A stretch of 63,828 nt of DNA, filler included, from Hyphochytrium catenoides (lineage: Eukaryota > Protista > Hyphochytriomycota), in assembly GCA_900088475.1 (NCBI GenBank). It is 6 parts of 6 records of this genome, joined end to end, with 100 filler letters (N's around TTAATTAATTAA, not from the genome) between each part and the next. Parts side by side here need not be neighbours in the genome. Positions count along the whole stretch, not along the records: positions 1 to 25,410 come from FLMG01001611.1; 5 more parts are not named here. One strand, written 5' to 3'. Each line of letters starts with the position of its first letter. Position 1 is the stretch's first letter. The notes beneath the pieces are model-generated. The model was not told the origin of the DNA, did no database searches, and saw nothing but the letters and a program-made list of their open reading frames with translations. Of the stretch, positions 1 through 12,301 are shown piece by piece. Position numbers and translations under genes: made by a program.

Positions 1-445
1 GAGAGAGAGAGAGAGAGAAAGAGAAAAGGAGAGAAGGAAGAAGGAAGGGTGACGTAGAGGAAGGAGAAGAGGTTAGGCACAAAAGAGATATGGTTTGCCA
101 TAACGACGGATGTCAACTCTAACAACAATGTTGAAAGGCAGCACGGAAAAGAGAGAGAGAGAAAGACCAAGAAGTGAGAATAATGTTCAGAAAAAAGCCT
201 AAATGCGAAAGAGGACAAAAAGGAAGTGAGAGAGCGAGAGAGAAAGAGAGACGAGGGAGATGAGAGAAGCAAGTTTCAAACCTAAATCACTTAGCTATTA
301 GACGCTAACCATGAGAATGCAGAGTGAGAGCAGGCTCAGAGAGGAAGAGCAGGAAAAAAAGAGACAAAACAAAAGGGAGAGAGAGAGACAAAGCAGCAAG
401 ATGGAGAGAGAGAGAGAGAGAGGCAGAGAGAGAAAGTGTGCTAAC

Positions 446-554
446 CTAGGTATTGAGAGGGAGAGTTCATGGCGCACTGGATATATATCATCTCCGCTGT
501 CATTTCTCTAATATTCGCATCGACAGAGCGANNNNNNNNNNNNNNNNNNNNNNN

Positions 555-598
<44 letters not shown>

Positions 599-1228
599 AA
601 ACAGATGAGTTGAAGACGAGAGCGAGACCGAAAGACTAATGGCGCGCGAATTTTAACCACCTCCCTCACCTCATTTTCTTAAATTTTTTCCTCTCGCCCT
701 CCTTCTTTTGTCTGTCTCTCTCTCTCTCTCTCTTTCCTCTTCTCTCTCTCTCTCCCTCTTTTGTGTCACGCGTTTCCCTCAGCTTCCTGGGTTCATTGAG
801 GTTCGCCTTCTCGTTATGTGCTTTCACCAACTGTCCCTCCCCCTTCTCTCTCTTTCTTATTTCTCTCTCTCTCTCTGTCTTTCCATCTCTCTCCCTCTCT
901 CTCTTCCCCTCTCTCTTTCTCTTACCGTCCTGGCTGACGGGAGCCGCCTTGGCCATAAGATAAGCGCGATGTAGACTCCTCACTCTCCAGCTCTTTTGAT
1001 TCTGGTAGAGAAGAACCAGAAGCAGCAGGAAATAGTCCAAGGACACCTGAAGAGAAAAGAGAGAGGGTGTCAGAGAGAGAGAGAGTGAGAGAGAGAGAGA
1101 GAGAGAGAGCCTTGAAGCTTTCTTCTATAGAAGAGAAAGCTGCGGAGAGAGAGGGAGCGCCATGGTAATGTTTAAATAGTAGGGAAGAAGATAAGAGAAA
1201 GGCACTTTGAAGAGAGAGAGAGTCTCAT

Positions 1229-1316
<88 letters not shown>

Positions 1317-1670
1317 GAAGAGGAAGGGAAAGGACAAGCAAAGAACCCAAGGCACCTTCATCTCCGTATCGGAGGCAACATATGTGGAGCCGTAGATCTT
1401 CTCTAACTCCCCGCCCAAGACAGGAATCTCTCTCGCTTCTACTAGAGCCTTCATAGCCTGAGATAGACAGATGTGGAAAGAGGGAGATAGAAAGACACAA
1501 GGAAGAGAGAAAGAGAGAGAGAAGAGGAAAGGACAGAGAGAGAGAGACACAGAGAGAGGGACAGCAGAAGACAGACGCACCGAGGCAGGATTGGCGCATG
1601 CCATCAGTGAAAGAGAACGAAGCGAAACACTAGAACTAACCGAAGTGTAAAGTCTTTCAATCTTTACTCC

Positions 1671-1715
<45 letters not shown>

Positions 1716-3077
1716 CCTAGGTCTTTGCTGCTCTCATTTGCTCTCTCTCTCTCGAGTTTGCTCTCCCTTACCAAAAGGCCTACAGGCCGCTGTCTCCCCG
1801 CCAGAGCCATAGCAGACCGTGCCCTTCCTGCGATAGCTTCCTTCAGCGCAGGCTCTGCGACGAAAGAGAGAGAGTCTTTTCTCTCTCTCTCGCCTTTCTC
1901 TCCCTCGTCCATGACTGCAGGATCCAGCTCAAAGGAGAAGATGCGGTAGACGGTTCGGAGGAAGAATTTCGCCTTCAAAGTACAAATAAAGGCGGTTGGA
2001 CCAAGTATCTCTGTGGGCTTATCGAACTCCAGGCCCCACTGTGAGGAAGGGAGAGAGNNNNNNNNNNNNNNNNNNNNNNNNNNNNNNNNNNNNNNNNNNN
2101 NNNNNNNNNNNNNNNNNNNNNNNNNNNNNNNNNNNNNNNNNNNNNNNNNNNNNNNNNNNNNNNNNNNNNNNNNNNNNNNNNNNNNNNNNGGCGGAGACAA
2201 GGGTGTAAGCGTCCTTAAGAGAGAGAATTAGGAGATGAATATGTCTCTCTCTCCCCCTTAACCCAGAGTTCAACCTTATCTCTCTCCTCTTTTTCTCTCT
2301 CCTTCTCGCTCAGCTACGAGGAGTCTCCCTCTCTTTCTGGGCTTCTTTCTTTCACAGTTGTCACGCTGGCTATTTGCGTCTCTCCTCTCAGGAAAAAGTC
2401 TCTTCCTTGATCCAATTCCTCTCTCTCTTGTTCTTTTGGTTTGTCTGTCCTCTTTTTTTATTCTTGGTCGACCTAAGTAATCTCGATCTTCTTTCCTATT
2501 CCTTCCTCTTTCCTTCTCTCTCTCTCTCTGCTTCTCTTCTGTCGCTCTCTCTCTCTCTCTCTCACCTTCATGCTGTCCAGTCCCTCTCTCGCCCAGATAT
2601 AGAACTCAATGCATTCTGCATCCATAGAGTTCTCTAACATTGAAGCGAAGAGCTCTACATCATGATACTCAGAGCGGAGAGAGCCCAGCATCTCCGCGAT
2701 CTGACAGCCCATCTGAGAGAGAGAGAGAAAGAGAGAGAGAGAGCGAGAGAGCAGAGAGAGAGAGAGAGAGAGAGTAAAAGACATTCAGAAGTAAGGGATA
2801 TGATGAGCTCTACATCGGAAGAGAGAGCGAGTTGTTATGGGAAGAGCAACCCCGACAGGGAAATAAAGACAACGACAGGAGAAGGGAGAGAGAACTAAAG
2901 AGAGAGAGAGAGAACAAAAAGAACGAATGCGCGGTAACAAGGAGAGATAGAACAGTACAAAGGGGCTAAGAAGAGAAAACAGAGGTCAATCACAGATAAG
3001 ACGGAAAGACAAGAATAAGGTAAAGAAGGGAGAGACCGATCCCAATAACTTCTCATTCGTCCTTTCTCTCTCTTTCT

Positions 3078-3115
<38 letters not shown>

Positions 3116-3716
3116 TGGTATTACCTCTTCTGCCTCTACTCTTTCTTTCTTCTGCTCCAGCATCCAGTGGAAGGCAAGCTGCGCGATGGTGAGTCTCTTC
3201 TTGAAGAGAACATCAGAAAGTTCGTCTAGTCGCCTCTTTAGAGTTAACAACTCGGAGAAAAACGTCCGGAGCGTTGTCAGTTGACTGAGAGAGAGGGATG
3301 AGAGAGAGAGAGAGAGAGAGGGACGAGACAGAGAGAGAAAGTAGTTAGGAAGGAGAGGGCATAAGCCTGCTAAGCAATGCCATGTAGTTGGGCAAGAGGA
3401 ATGCGAAGGTGAGAGAAAGAGACATTGAAAAAGAGAGAGAGAAGGGACAAAATGCTTACTTCTCAGGAAGAGAATAGCCTCGTACAATAAAGAGGTGGGA
3501 GACAGAAAGAGTGGAGAGAAAAAGGCAAGAAAGCGTGGCAGGAATTTGAGATAGACAGAGAGAGCGGGAGGGAGAGGGAGAAAGACAGATAGAGGGAGAA
3601 AGGGAGAGAAAAGAGAGGGACACACAGAGGGAAAGAGCCAGAGAGACAGTCATAGAAAAGAGAGAGAAGAAAGAGAGAGGCGCATAGAGACAGAGGAAGA
3701 NNNNNNNNNNNNNNNN

Positions 3717-3768
<52 letters not shown>

Positions 3769-4477
3769 GAGAGGGAGGGAGGGAGAGGGAGAGAGGGAGG
3801 GAGAGAACGTACATCTGAACGGTTGCCTTGTCTACCAGTGGCGTGGAGAGCACGGTCGCAGTCTCAGAGTTGTCAAACTCTGAGCCTTCCATAGAAATAG
3901 ACGGGAGAATGGCGCGCTTGGTGCCTTTCTCTCTCTCTCCTTTCTTCTTCTTCTTCTTCTCACCAAATCTGTCTCCCTTTAGTCTCTCCTGCCAGCCAAA
4001 AAGTGAAAGATGAGAGAGAAGTGACAAAGATATCCAACGGTGGGATAAGGAATGAAAGAGAGAAGAAAGAGAAGACAAAGAGAGATAGAGGGAGGCTTAA
4101 GAAAGGAAAGAGAGAGAGAGTGAAAGAGAGAGAAAGAGGAAGTAACAGAGAGAGCAAGTGGGCTGTGGACAACAGCAGACAAAAGATCTAGGAATGGAAC
4201 AAGAAGAGGGAGGAGCTTCATAAAGTTTTTCTATGAAGAGAGAGAAATGGGTAGAGAGTGTGAAGGAGAGCGTAAAGGAGAGAGAGAGAGAGAAATACAG
4301 AGAGAGAAGCAACGAAAGAGTGAGAGGAGCCAGAAGAGAGAGGCAGAGACAGAGAGAGAGAGAGACCAAAAAGGAGTTTATTTGTTACCTGTCGGGCTTT
4401 CCAGCGAATGAGAGTGAGGAACTCGCAGTCCTGCAGAGGCAACGGATCGAGGAAGGTGTCCTCAGCAGCTGATCCGC

Positions 4478-4514
<37 letters not shown>

Positions 4515-5150
4515 GAAAGAAAGAGAGAGAGAGAAAGAGAAATCAGCCACCGCCAGGAGCTAAGAGAGGAAAAGCAGGTGGAGAGTGTGAGGTGACTCTA
4601 TGACCGCTGCTTGTTGTTTCATTCTCTCTGTCGGTTCCTTGTCTCTCTCTCTCTCTTTTCTCCTGATCTTCTTTCTCTCTTCCTCCCCTTTACTGTCTCG
4701 TTGTCTCTCTCTCTCTTCTTCTCATTTCTGCCTTACCCTTCAATAAGTTTCTTTGGTCCCTCTCTCTCTCTCTCTCGTCACTTACCTCCTGAGGCTGCCC
4801 TTACTCTCCCCAAAGAACTTTCCTCCCGCTTGCTTGAGCGGAGGAGGCGTCTGTCAAAAGAAAGAAGACAAATGATGTTACGGGTCTCCTCCGTCTCTGT
4901 CTTTCTCTCTCTCGTTCTCTCCCCCTTTCTATCCTTCTCCCCCTCTCTTCTCTCTTCTCTTACTCGTCCTCGTGTTCTCTTCCTCCCTCTTTTATGGGAC
5001 TCTTCCTCAGGCTCTCCTTCCCTCTCGTCGACAAGTTGTGGCTTATTTTTCTCTTTGTTCATTTTTTCTCTTCTCCCGGCCCCATCTTTAGTTGTATGCA
5101 CGGCTCTCTTTATCAGTTCTCTCTCTCTCTCTCTTTCTCTCTCTCTCATA

Positions 5151-5182
<32 letters not shown>

Positions 5183-5949
5183 AATCTATTTATCTATCTA
5201 TCTAAAGTGCAGCCCTTGTATTCTATCTTCCATTTCTCTCTCTCTTGTTATCTCTCTCTCTCTCCTTTTGTTCTCTCTTTCTCTGTCTCACCCTTGGTCT
5301 GGCCGCGGCGGTGGGAGAGACTGGTCGCGCTTTCGATTTCTTTCTTCCCGCGACGCTCTTGGTCTCTTCTGTCTGTGAAGGCTCCTCAGCCACCACCGGG
5401 CGCTAAGGAAACAACCAGGGTCAGTGTCCAAAGCTCTTTCTTCTCTCTCTTTTCTCTTCTTTCTCGCTCATATTTTATTGTGCGTGTGTGTCTCTCTCTT
5501 TCCCCCGCTGTCTCTCTCCCCCCGTTATCCCTTCTCCTCATATAACTTCTATCTCTCTCTTTCCTTATGGGCCTCCCTCTTCGTATGATCTCTCTCTCTT
5601 TCCGTAGGTAATTTTCTCTCTCTCTCTCTCTTTCCCTCTCTCTCTCTCTCTTCTCTGTCTCTCTCTCTCTGCTTCTTTCTTCTCTCTCTCTCGTTCTCTC
5701 TCTAACCTCGATGTTCATTTCCTGCCCGGTGATGCCAGTTCTGTCCGAGATATTTCCGCTGAGAGATCTCTCTTCTTCTTCCTCTTCCTCTCTCTCTCCC
5801 GTCATAATATCAGCCTGCACGTCTCTCTTCAAATCATCCAGAGCCAGAACCACAGAGTGACGGGAGACGCGGAAGGAGGCAGAAGACTCTGTCTTCTTTA
5901 ATGTCTCCTCTAATGTCTCCTCTGTGTGTGAGAGAGAGAGAGAGAAGGC

Positions 5950-5981
<32 letters not shown>

Positions 5982-6439
5982 GGACAGAGAAAGAAAGAAA
6001 AAAAGAGAGAGAGAGAGAAAGGGAGAGAGAGAGAAAGAGAGAGACAGAGAGAAAGAGAGAGACAGAGAACGATAGAGACAGAGAGAGGGATGGTCAATAT
6101 GTTCAGGACGAATTTAAAAGAAGAAAAGACGAGAGACTGAGATGGAGAGACAATCGCCCAGAGCAAAGCGACAGGACAAGCAAAAGGCGGAAGAAGCAGA
6201 GAGGCAGAATCATATGGAGAGAAAGAGCATAAAAAGAAGAGAGAGTAAAGAGGAAGACAGAGAAAGAATGGATAGAAAACAAGATTTGAGAGAGAAAAAG
6301 CTTGGACCTGAAGTAGAAGTGGCAGAGGAATGCCCGAGATCATGAGCGACGGACAGGCAACTTGAACCCAGACAGAGAAAAAAGAGAGAGAGAGAAAGAG
6401 AGAGAGAGAGGCAAAACGAAAAGAAAGAGAGCAAGCGAG

Positions 6440-6472
<33 letters not shown>

Positions 6473-9330
6473 CAGAGAGAGAGAGAGAGACAGAGACAGA
6501 GACGGGGGACCGCGAGAGAAGAAGAGAGAGAGAGAGAAAGAGAGAGAAAGAAAGAAGGAGAGAGCGACAGTCTTACTGTCCATCGCCTGCACTTCCTTCC
6601 TGATATTCTGCTCCATTTTGAGTTGGTCTCTTAGCCGCTGAAGTTCTTCCTCCGCCGCTTTCAAACGAAAGATCTCTCCCTCCAGAGTGCGGATCGTCTT
6701 TCTCTCTCCATAGATTTCTTCCTGGTAGGCTTTCTTTAGAGCGCTGACCTGCATGAGAGAGAGAGAGAGGCGGGAAGGGAAGAGGGAGAGAGAGGGAGAG
6801 AAAGAGCGTAAGTGGAAAAGAGAGAGAGAACAAAACAGGGACAGAGAAGACCGCGAGAGAGAAAGAAAGAGAAGAAGTGGGCGAGAGAGAGAAAGCATTT
6901 GGGGAAGGGGGAATAAAGAGTCAAATAGATAATTGGGAGATACTGCGATTCGGGGAGAGAGAGAGAGAGAGAGAGAAGGGTTAGAGAAGAGACAACAAGA
7001 CACGGCAGAGAGAGAGAGAGAAAGACTATCGGGTTGCCATTATGGGGAGAGAGTGAAAGAGAAGTAGAGATGAAGAGAGAGAGAGAGATAAAGAGAGAGA
7101 GAGAGGGAAAGAGGGAAAGAGAGAGTCCAGTCTTCGGTTGTGACCTCTGCTTCATGGCCCTTCTCCGTCTCTTCCTGCCGTCTCCTTGCGGCGGTGACCT
7201 CAGCCTCCAGCTAGTATAGTAACCAGTGAGAGAAGAGAGAGAAGAGAGAGAAGAGAGAAAAGAGAGAAAAGAGAGAAAAGAGAGAAAAGAGAGAAAAGAG
7301 AGAAAGAAAGAGAAAGAATCACAAGAGTAGAAAGAATGGGGTTGATAAGAGAGTGAAGGCAAACGTGAAAGAGAAGAGAGAAGGAGGGAAAGAGTGAGAC
7401 ACGGGGTAAGACCATGAGTGAGACAGAGAGAGAATGAGAATATACCCCCGGAGAGGAAAGAAAGTCCGAAGCAAAAAGAAGAGAGAGAGAGAGACACACC
7501 AAGAGAGAGAGAGAGAGAGAGACACTTCTAGAGAAAGTTTGAGAAGAGAACACGTTACACTACAGGTAGAGATCTTGCAGCACTTGCGAGAGAGATGCCC
7601 GTAAAGAAGGTTGTGAGAAGAGCCGGGGCTGTCTCTCTCTCTCTCTCTCTCTCTCTTGTTTCCCCTTGTTACCTTTCTGATCTCTTCCTCAAATCTCTGT
7701 CTCTCTCCTTCAATGACGGTGACTCTTTCTCTCAAGGCAGAAATCTCTGCTTCCGCATTCTGCAGCGTTGTCTTTCTTAGAGAGAACTGAGATGGGAGAG
7801 AGAGAGAGACTCTGCTCTGACTCCTCCTGCTGGTAGAGAGAAGACCCTCCGTGGAGGTGATGCTCTGAGTCTCTCCTCCCTCAGTTAGTCTCTCTTCTTT
7901 TCTCGAGTTTCGTCGGGGAGAGAGAGAGGCGGTGGAAAGAGAGAGAGACACTTGGGGCGGAGAAGAGGGAACGGACGATATGAGCCTTTCTTTCAGCTTG
8001 AGAAGAGGTTGTGCCTCGGCCTGCCCGAGTGAGAGAGAGAAATGAGAAAGAATAATAATGATAGAGAGAGAGAGAGAGAGTGAGAGAACGGAGAAAGAGA
8101 GAGCACAGAGAAAGACAATGATAGTTAATTGTCTTGTGAAGGAAGGAGGAAAAGGCATTGCAAGACAGACACAGAGAGAAAGTGACACGAAAGGAGAGAG
8201 ACCCCATAGAGAGACAGCAAACGGGCAGAGACAAAGAGAGAGAGAGAACACAAGGACCAGCAAAAGAGAGAGCGATGAGAAGAAAAAAGGAGAGCAGAGA
8301 AGGGAAGAGAGAAGAACCACAGAAATGCAGGAGGAGTCTGAGCGAAAGGAAGAGTGGGAGAGGAGAGAAAGACAGTGCGTGAGAGAGAGAGAGAGACAGA
8401 GAGAGAGACAGTGTGTGCGTGTGAGTGAGAGAGAGTGAGAGAGAGAGAAAGAAAGAAGAGGGCGAACTCTCTTACCGGTGGCACTGTAGCCAATGACGCT
8501 GTGTCTTCTTCCGACACTAGCACTTGATCTTTAATCAGAGAAAATTTAAAGGAAGAGAGAAAGTGAGTAAGAGAAGAAATTCCGAGGGAGAAAAAGCGAA
8601 CGAAAGAGAAAGACAGGATATCACGGGAAGAGAGAGAGAGAGAGAGAGAGCATTAAGATAGAGCTCAATACAAAAATCCTGTAAGGTTTCGTTCTGTATA
8701 AAGGTTGATAACTTTCCCTCCAACTCTTCCGTCATCTATCTAACTCTCTCCCTCTCTGCAATCTCTCTCTCTCTCTCTTTCTTTCTCTTCTCTCTCTCTC
8801 TCTCCCTGCCATACCTTCATAGGCCAGTTCCTGCACTTTCCTGATCTCTGTCATTTTTCGGTTGATCTCCAGAAGAGCCAAAGCTTGGGCCTTTGCGACT
8901 GGCAGTATCTGTAGGAAAAGAAAGTTTCTCTCTTAGCGGAGAATCTCTCTCTTTTTCTTCCCTTTGTAACTTTTTCTTCCCTCTGTCTCTCTTCCTTTTT
9001 CTCTTCGAGGAGAATCTGTCTCTTCTTCTACCCTTTGTAAACTCTTTCCTCCCTCTGTCTCTCTTCCTCTTTTCTCTTCGGAGCTCGATGTTCTCCACGC
9101 TGTTATCCTTTTCATCTTTTCTCTTCTTCAGACAACTATTTCTCTCTCTGTGTTCCTCTTTCGTCGTAACTCTCTTTCTCTCTCTCTCTCTTCTCATTCA
9201 GTAGACATATCACTAACTCCCCTAGTGCCAGTCTACCTTTTCCTCATTCTTCGCTTTCGTCGCTTACTCTCTCCCTCTTTTTCCTTTCTCTCTCTCTCTC
9301 TTCCTCTCTCTCTCTCTCATTCTCTCTGTA

Positions 9331-9366
<36 letters not shown>

Positions 9367-9553
9367 ATTCTCTCTGTATCTCTCTCTCTCTCTCTCTCTC
9401 TGTATCTCTCTCTCTCTGTATATCTCTCTCTGTATCTCTCTCTCTCTCTCTCTGTATCTCTCTCTCTGTATCTCTCTCTCTATATACCTGTCTGGCTATC
9501 TCATGCAGTGCATGCTGATAGATAGTCAGAGCTTTACTGCTCGCCGTGGAGAC
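446..9553 (-). CDS. Multi-exon coiled-coil protein (>=750 aa, both ends unresolved) with an N-terminal axonemal dynein light chain p28-like motif; probable flagellar protein
   Basis: Phase-consistent GT-AG exons: <9553-9488, 8908-8815, 8528-8476, 8020-7673, 7210-7145, 6748-6577, 5921-5707, 5402-5292, 4850-4786, 4476-4389, 3988-3813, 3284-3125, 2712-2566, 2038-1772, 1457-1356, 1046-926, plus a probable exon at ~531-446. Spliced peptide includes IYQHALHEIARQ|ILPVAKAQALALLEINRKMTEIRKVQELAYE, long heptad-rich segments, and EYHDVELFASMLENSMDAECIEFYIWAR. The 5' end lies in the N-gap 9554-9720. Confidence 0.75.
5149..5203. repeat. (TCTA)n tetranucleotide microsatellite (intronic)
   Basis: TATCTATCTATC... 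run directly visible. Confidence 0.85.
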
Positions 9554-9883
9554 NNNNNNNNNNNNNNNNNNNNNNNNNNNNNNNNNNNNNNNNNNNNNNN
9601 NNNNNNNNNNNNNNNNNNNNNNNNNNNNNNNNNNNNNNNNNNNNNNNNNNNNNNNNNNNNNNNNNNNNNNNNNNNNNNNNNNNNNNNNNNNNNNNNNNNN
9701 NNNNNNNNNNNNNNNNNNNNTCTCTGTTCTCTCTCTTCTTGTTACTTTGGTCCCTCTCATTCTCGGTCATGGTCAACCTGTTCTACCTAGTCTCTCTTCT
9801 CTCTCCTGCTTCTCTCTCTGCTTCTCTCTCTCTCCTTGTCTCTTCCTCTCCCTGAACGTTCCTCTCTCTTCCCTCTCCCCCAG

Positions 9884-10411
9884 AATGGTCAGAAGCAACG
9901 CGAAAGACGCTTGAGAGCACGCAGAATCTCATCAAGAACCCTCCTCAGATGGACGACAAGTTCATAGAAAATCTATGGAACTCTCCCCTTCTCCCCGACC
10001 TGACCTGGGGCTTCGTCACCGGTTATCTCTCAGGCTTCGCGGCACAGAAAGCGGCCCGGACGGTGGCCGTGGCGCTAGGATTGGGCTTCATTCTCTTCCA
10101 GGGCGCGGCGTACAGCGGGTTTATCAAGATTGACCATAAGAAAATCAATGAGGCGTTGTCGAAGTATGTGGACGTGGATAAGGTGAGGCAGGAAGAAAGA
10201 GATGACGAGAAAGGGAGAAAGAGAGAGCAAGGAGAACCCCAAGAAGAGAAAAAGCAAATCGTCGTCGAGCTTCTTCTCTCGCTGAAGCTGTCTCATTCTT
10301 CTCTCTCTGTCTCTCTTTCGCTCTCCTCTCCTTTGTACCATGCGTCTTCTCCCTCTTCCAAACTCGCACACTAACCCTAATATTTGTCTTGCCTCTCTCT
10401 CCCTCTCTCTC

Positions 10412-10456
<45 letters not shown>

Positions 10457-10605
10457 CNNNNNNNCATTTCTCGTCTTGGCAGGACGGTAAGATTAGCAGA
10501 GAAGAGCTCTCGAGACTCTATGGCAAGACGATGGAAGTGCTGCAGTTCGGCATCCCCTGTGGAGGCTTCGCTGCAGGCTTTATCATAGGCTTCAGAAGGC
10601 GATGA
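9884..10605 (+). CDS. FUN14/FUNDC-family mitochondrial outer membrane protein with an EF-hand loop (5' exon probably in the gap)
   Basis: Exons 9884-10182 and 10483-10605. FUN14-type motif LTWGFVTGYLSGFAAQKAARTVAVALGLGFILFQGAAYSGFIKIDHKKI and C-terminal GGFAAGFIIGF. The splice junction gives DVDK|DGKISREE. Confidence 0.88.
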
Positions 10606-10822
10606 GTGCCTTCGATATAAGTCTTGCTGGGATGGTTGACGGCGTTCCTCTCGTTGTCCCTATGTCTCTCTCTCTCTCTCTCTCTCTCGCTCGCTCTTCT
10701 TTAGTCCGCTCCGGTTTCCTTCAACCGTCAGCCCATGCATGTATACGGATAAATGGTGTGGACTAGAGCATAAGCACCAGAAAAAGGAGGAGAGAATGAG
10801 AACAGGAAAAGAAAGAGAAAGG

Positions 10823-10876
<54 letters not shown>

Positions 10877-11455
10877 ATCCCCTACATGTAGCTTGTGTGT
10901 ACTTGCACTCATCTGTCCCTCTCATTCCAATGTATCATTGGTTCCAAGAAGTGGTGTCGAGAAAGTAAATAGAGAAGCTTCTCTATCAGACAGAAGAGGA
11001 CAGAACGAGAGAGAAAGAGAGAGAGAGAGAATCAGGGAGGAAGAAAGAGATAGCAAAGAAAGCTCCGAACTGAGACATGACAGCCAGGGGAGTTTTATCG
11101 TCAGTAATAAGTAAGACGTCATACCCACAGCTTGTTTGTTTTCTCCTTTACCTTTCAGTCAGCGCTCTCTCTTTCTCGCTCTTCTTTGATTCCCTTTACA
11201 AGTTCCCTCTCCGTTTCCTTACTGTTGACTCTCTCTCTCTCTCTCTCTTGAGGTATTGTCGACTCTGAACTCTTCTTGCCTGGCTTGACTATTATGACGG
11301 CCTGCAACTCCTAAAAGTTTGCCCAAACTGTGCACTTAAGATGCCCCCGGTGCTGCCTAACCATGTCTCTCTTTCCTTTCTCTACTCTCTCTCAGTCGCC
11401 ATAGACTAGTTTACAGAGATGGTAGCGCAATGCTCATTGCCAAAGAGAGAGAGAG

Positions 11456-11751
11456 AGCTTCCTTCTCTTTGAAAGAAGTAAAGATTTTCTTCTCTCTCTG
11501 TCAGTACCTACGGCCTCGATGTAGCTATCCATCCATACCAAAAAAAAAAGAGAGATACATTTATCAAAAACTATACTCTCTCTCTCTCCCTCGAGGGAGA
11601 CGAGGGAGAGACAGCTTCCTTCTCTTTGAAAGAATTATAGATTTTCTTCCCTCTCTGTTAGTACCTACGGCCTCGATGTAGCTATCCATCCATACCAAAA
11701 AAACGAAGAGAGATGCATTTATCAAAAAACTATACTCTCTCTCTCTCCCTC
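11456..11751. repeat. Tandem duplication of a ~140-bp non-coding unit (copies ~11456-11592 and ~11613-11751)
   Basis: Both copies read AGCTTCCTTCTCTTTGAAAGAA...AGTACCTACGGCCTCGATGTAGCTATCCATCCATACCAAAAAAA...CATTTATCAAAAA...CTATACTCTCTC. Confidence 0.9.
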
Positions 11752-12239
11752 TTCTCTAAGGTCCTGCACTAAGAAATGATAGAATGGTTCGAAGCTATTG
11801 CCTACCTCTACCTCTCCCTAAGCTAACTACTAAGAGAGAAAAAGAGAGAGAGAAAGAGAGACTACATGGAGAATGCCTAACCTACTGTCTACTTCTCCTA
11901 CATTCAAGCTAAATAAATAGAGCATTTCATAATAAAAAGATAGATAATAAAAAAGAGGAACAAGAGAGAGACCAGCACTATTGTCCCGGAGTTCAATGGG
12001 AAGCCCGATTTGGCGACCGGATTGGTAGTAGGAGCGGGAGAGAGAAAGAGAACGAAAGAGAGAGCAGCGGGAGGGGGAGGCAACTACTGCTCTAGACGAA
12101 GTGAGGCCATGACGACTGATGGGAAAAGGGAGAGAGAGAGAGAGAGGAGATGGACGCGCCCAGGTAGGTAGCCGGGCCTACCTCGACCACCGTCATCTAT
12201 GGAGGTAGAAAGAGGGCTCAAAGGACCGCCTTTCCTCGG

Positions 12240-12280
<41 letters not shown>

Positions 12281-12301
12281 TCCCAAGTTCTTCATCACGG
12301 T

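Noticed and set aside
6308-6360. Extra exon (IACPSLMISGIPLPLLLQ) in the coiled-coil gene
   Set aside because: It ends in phase 0 whereas the next exon needs phase 1; the direct 6577-5921 join is in frame
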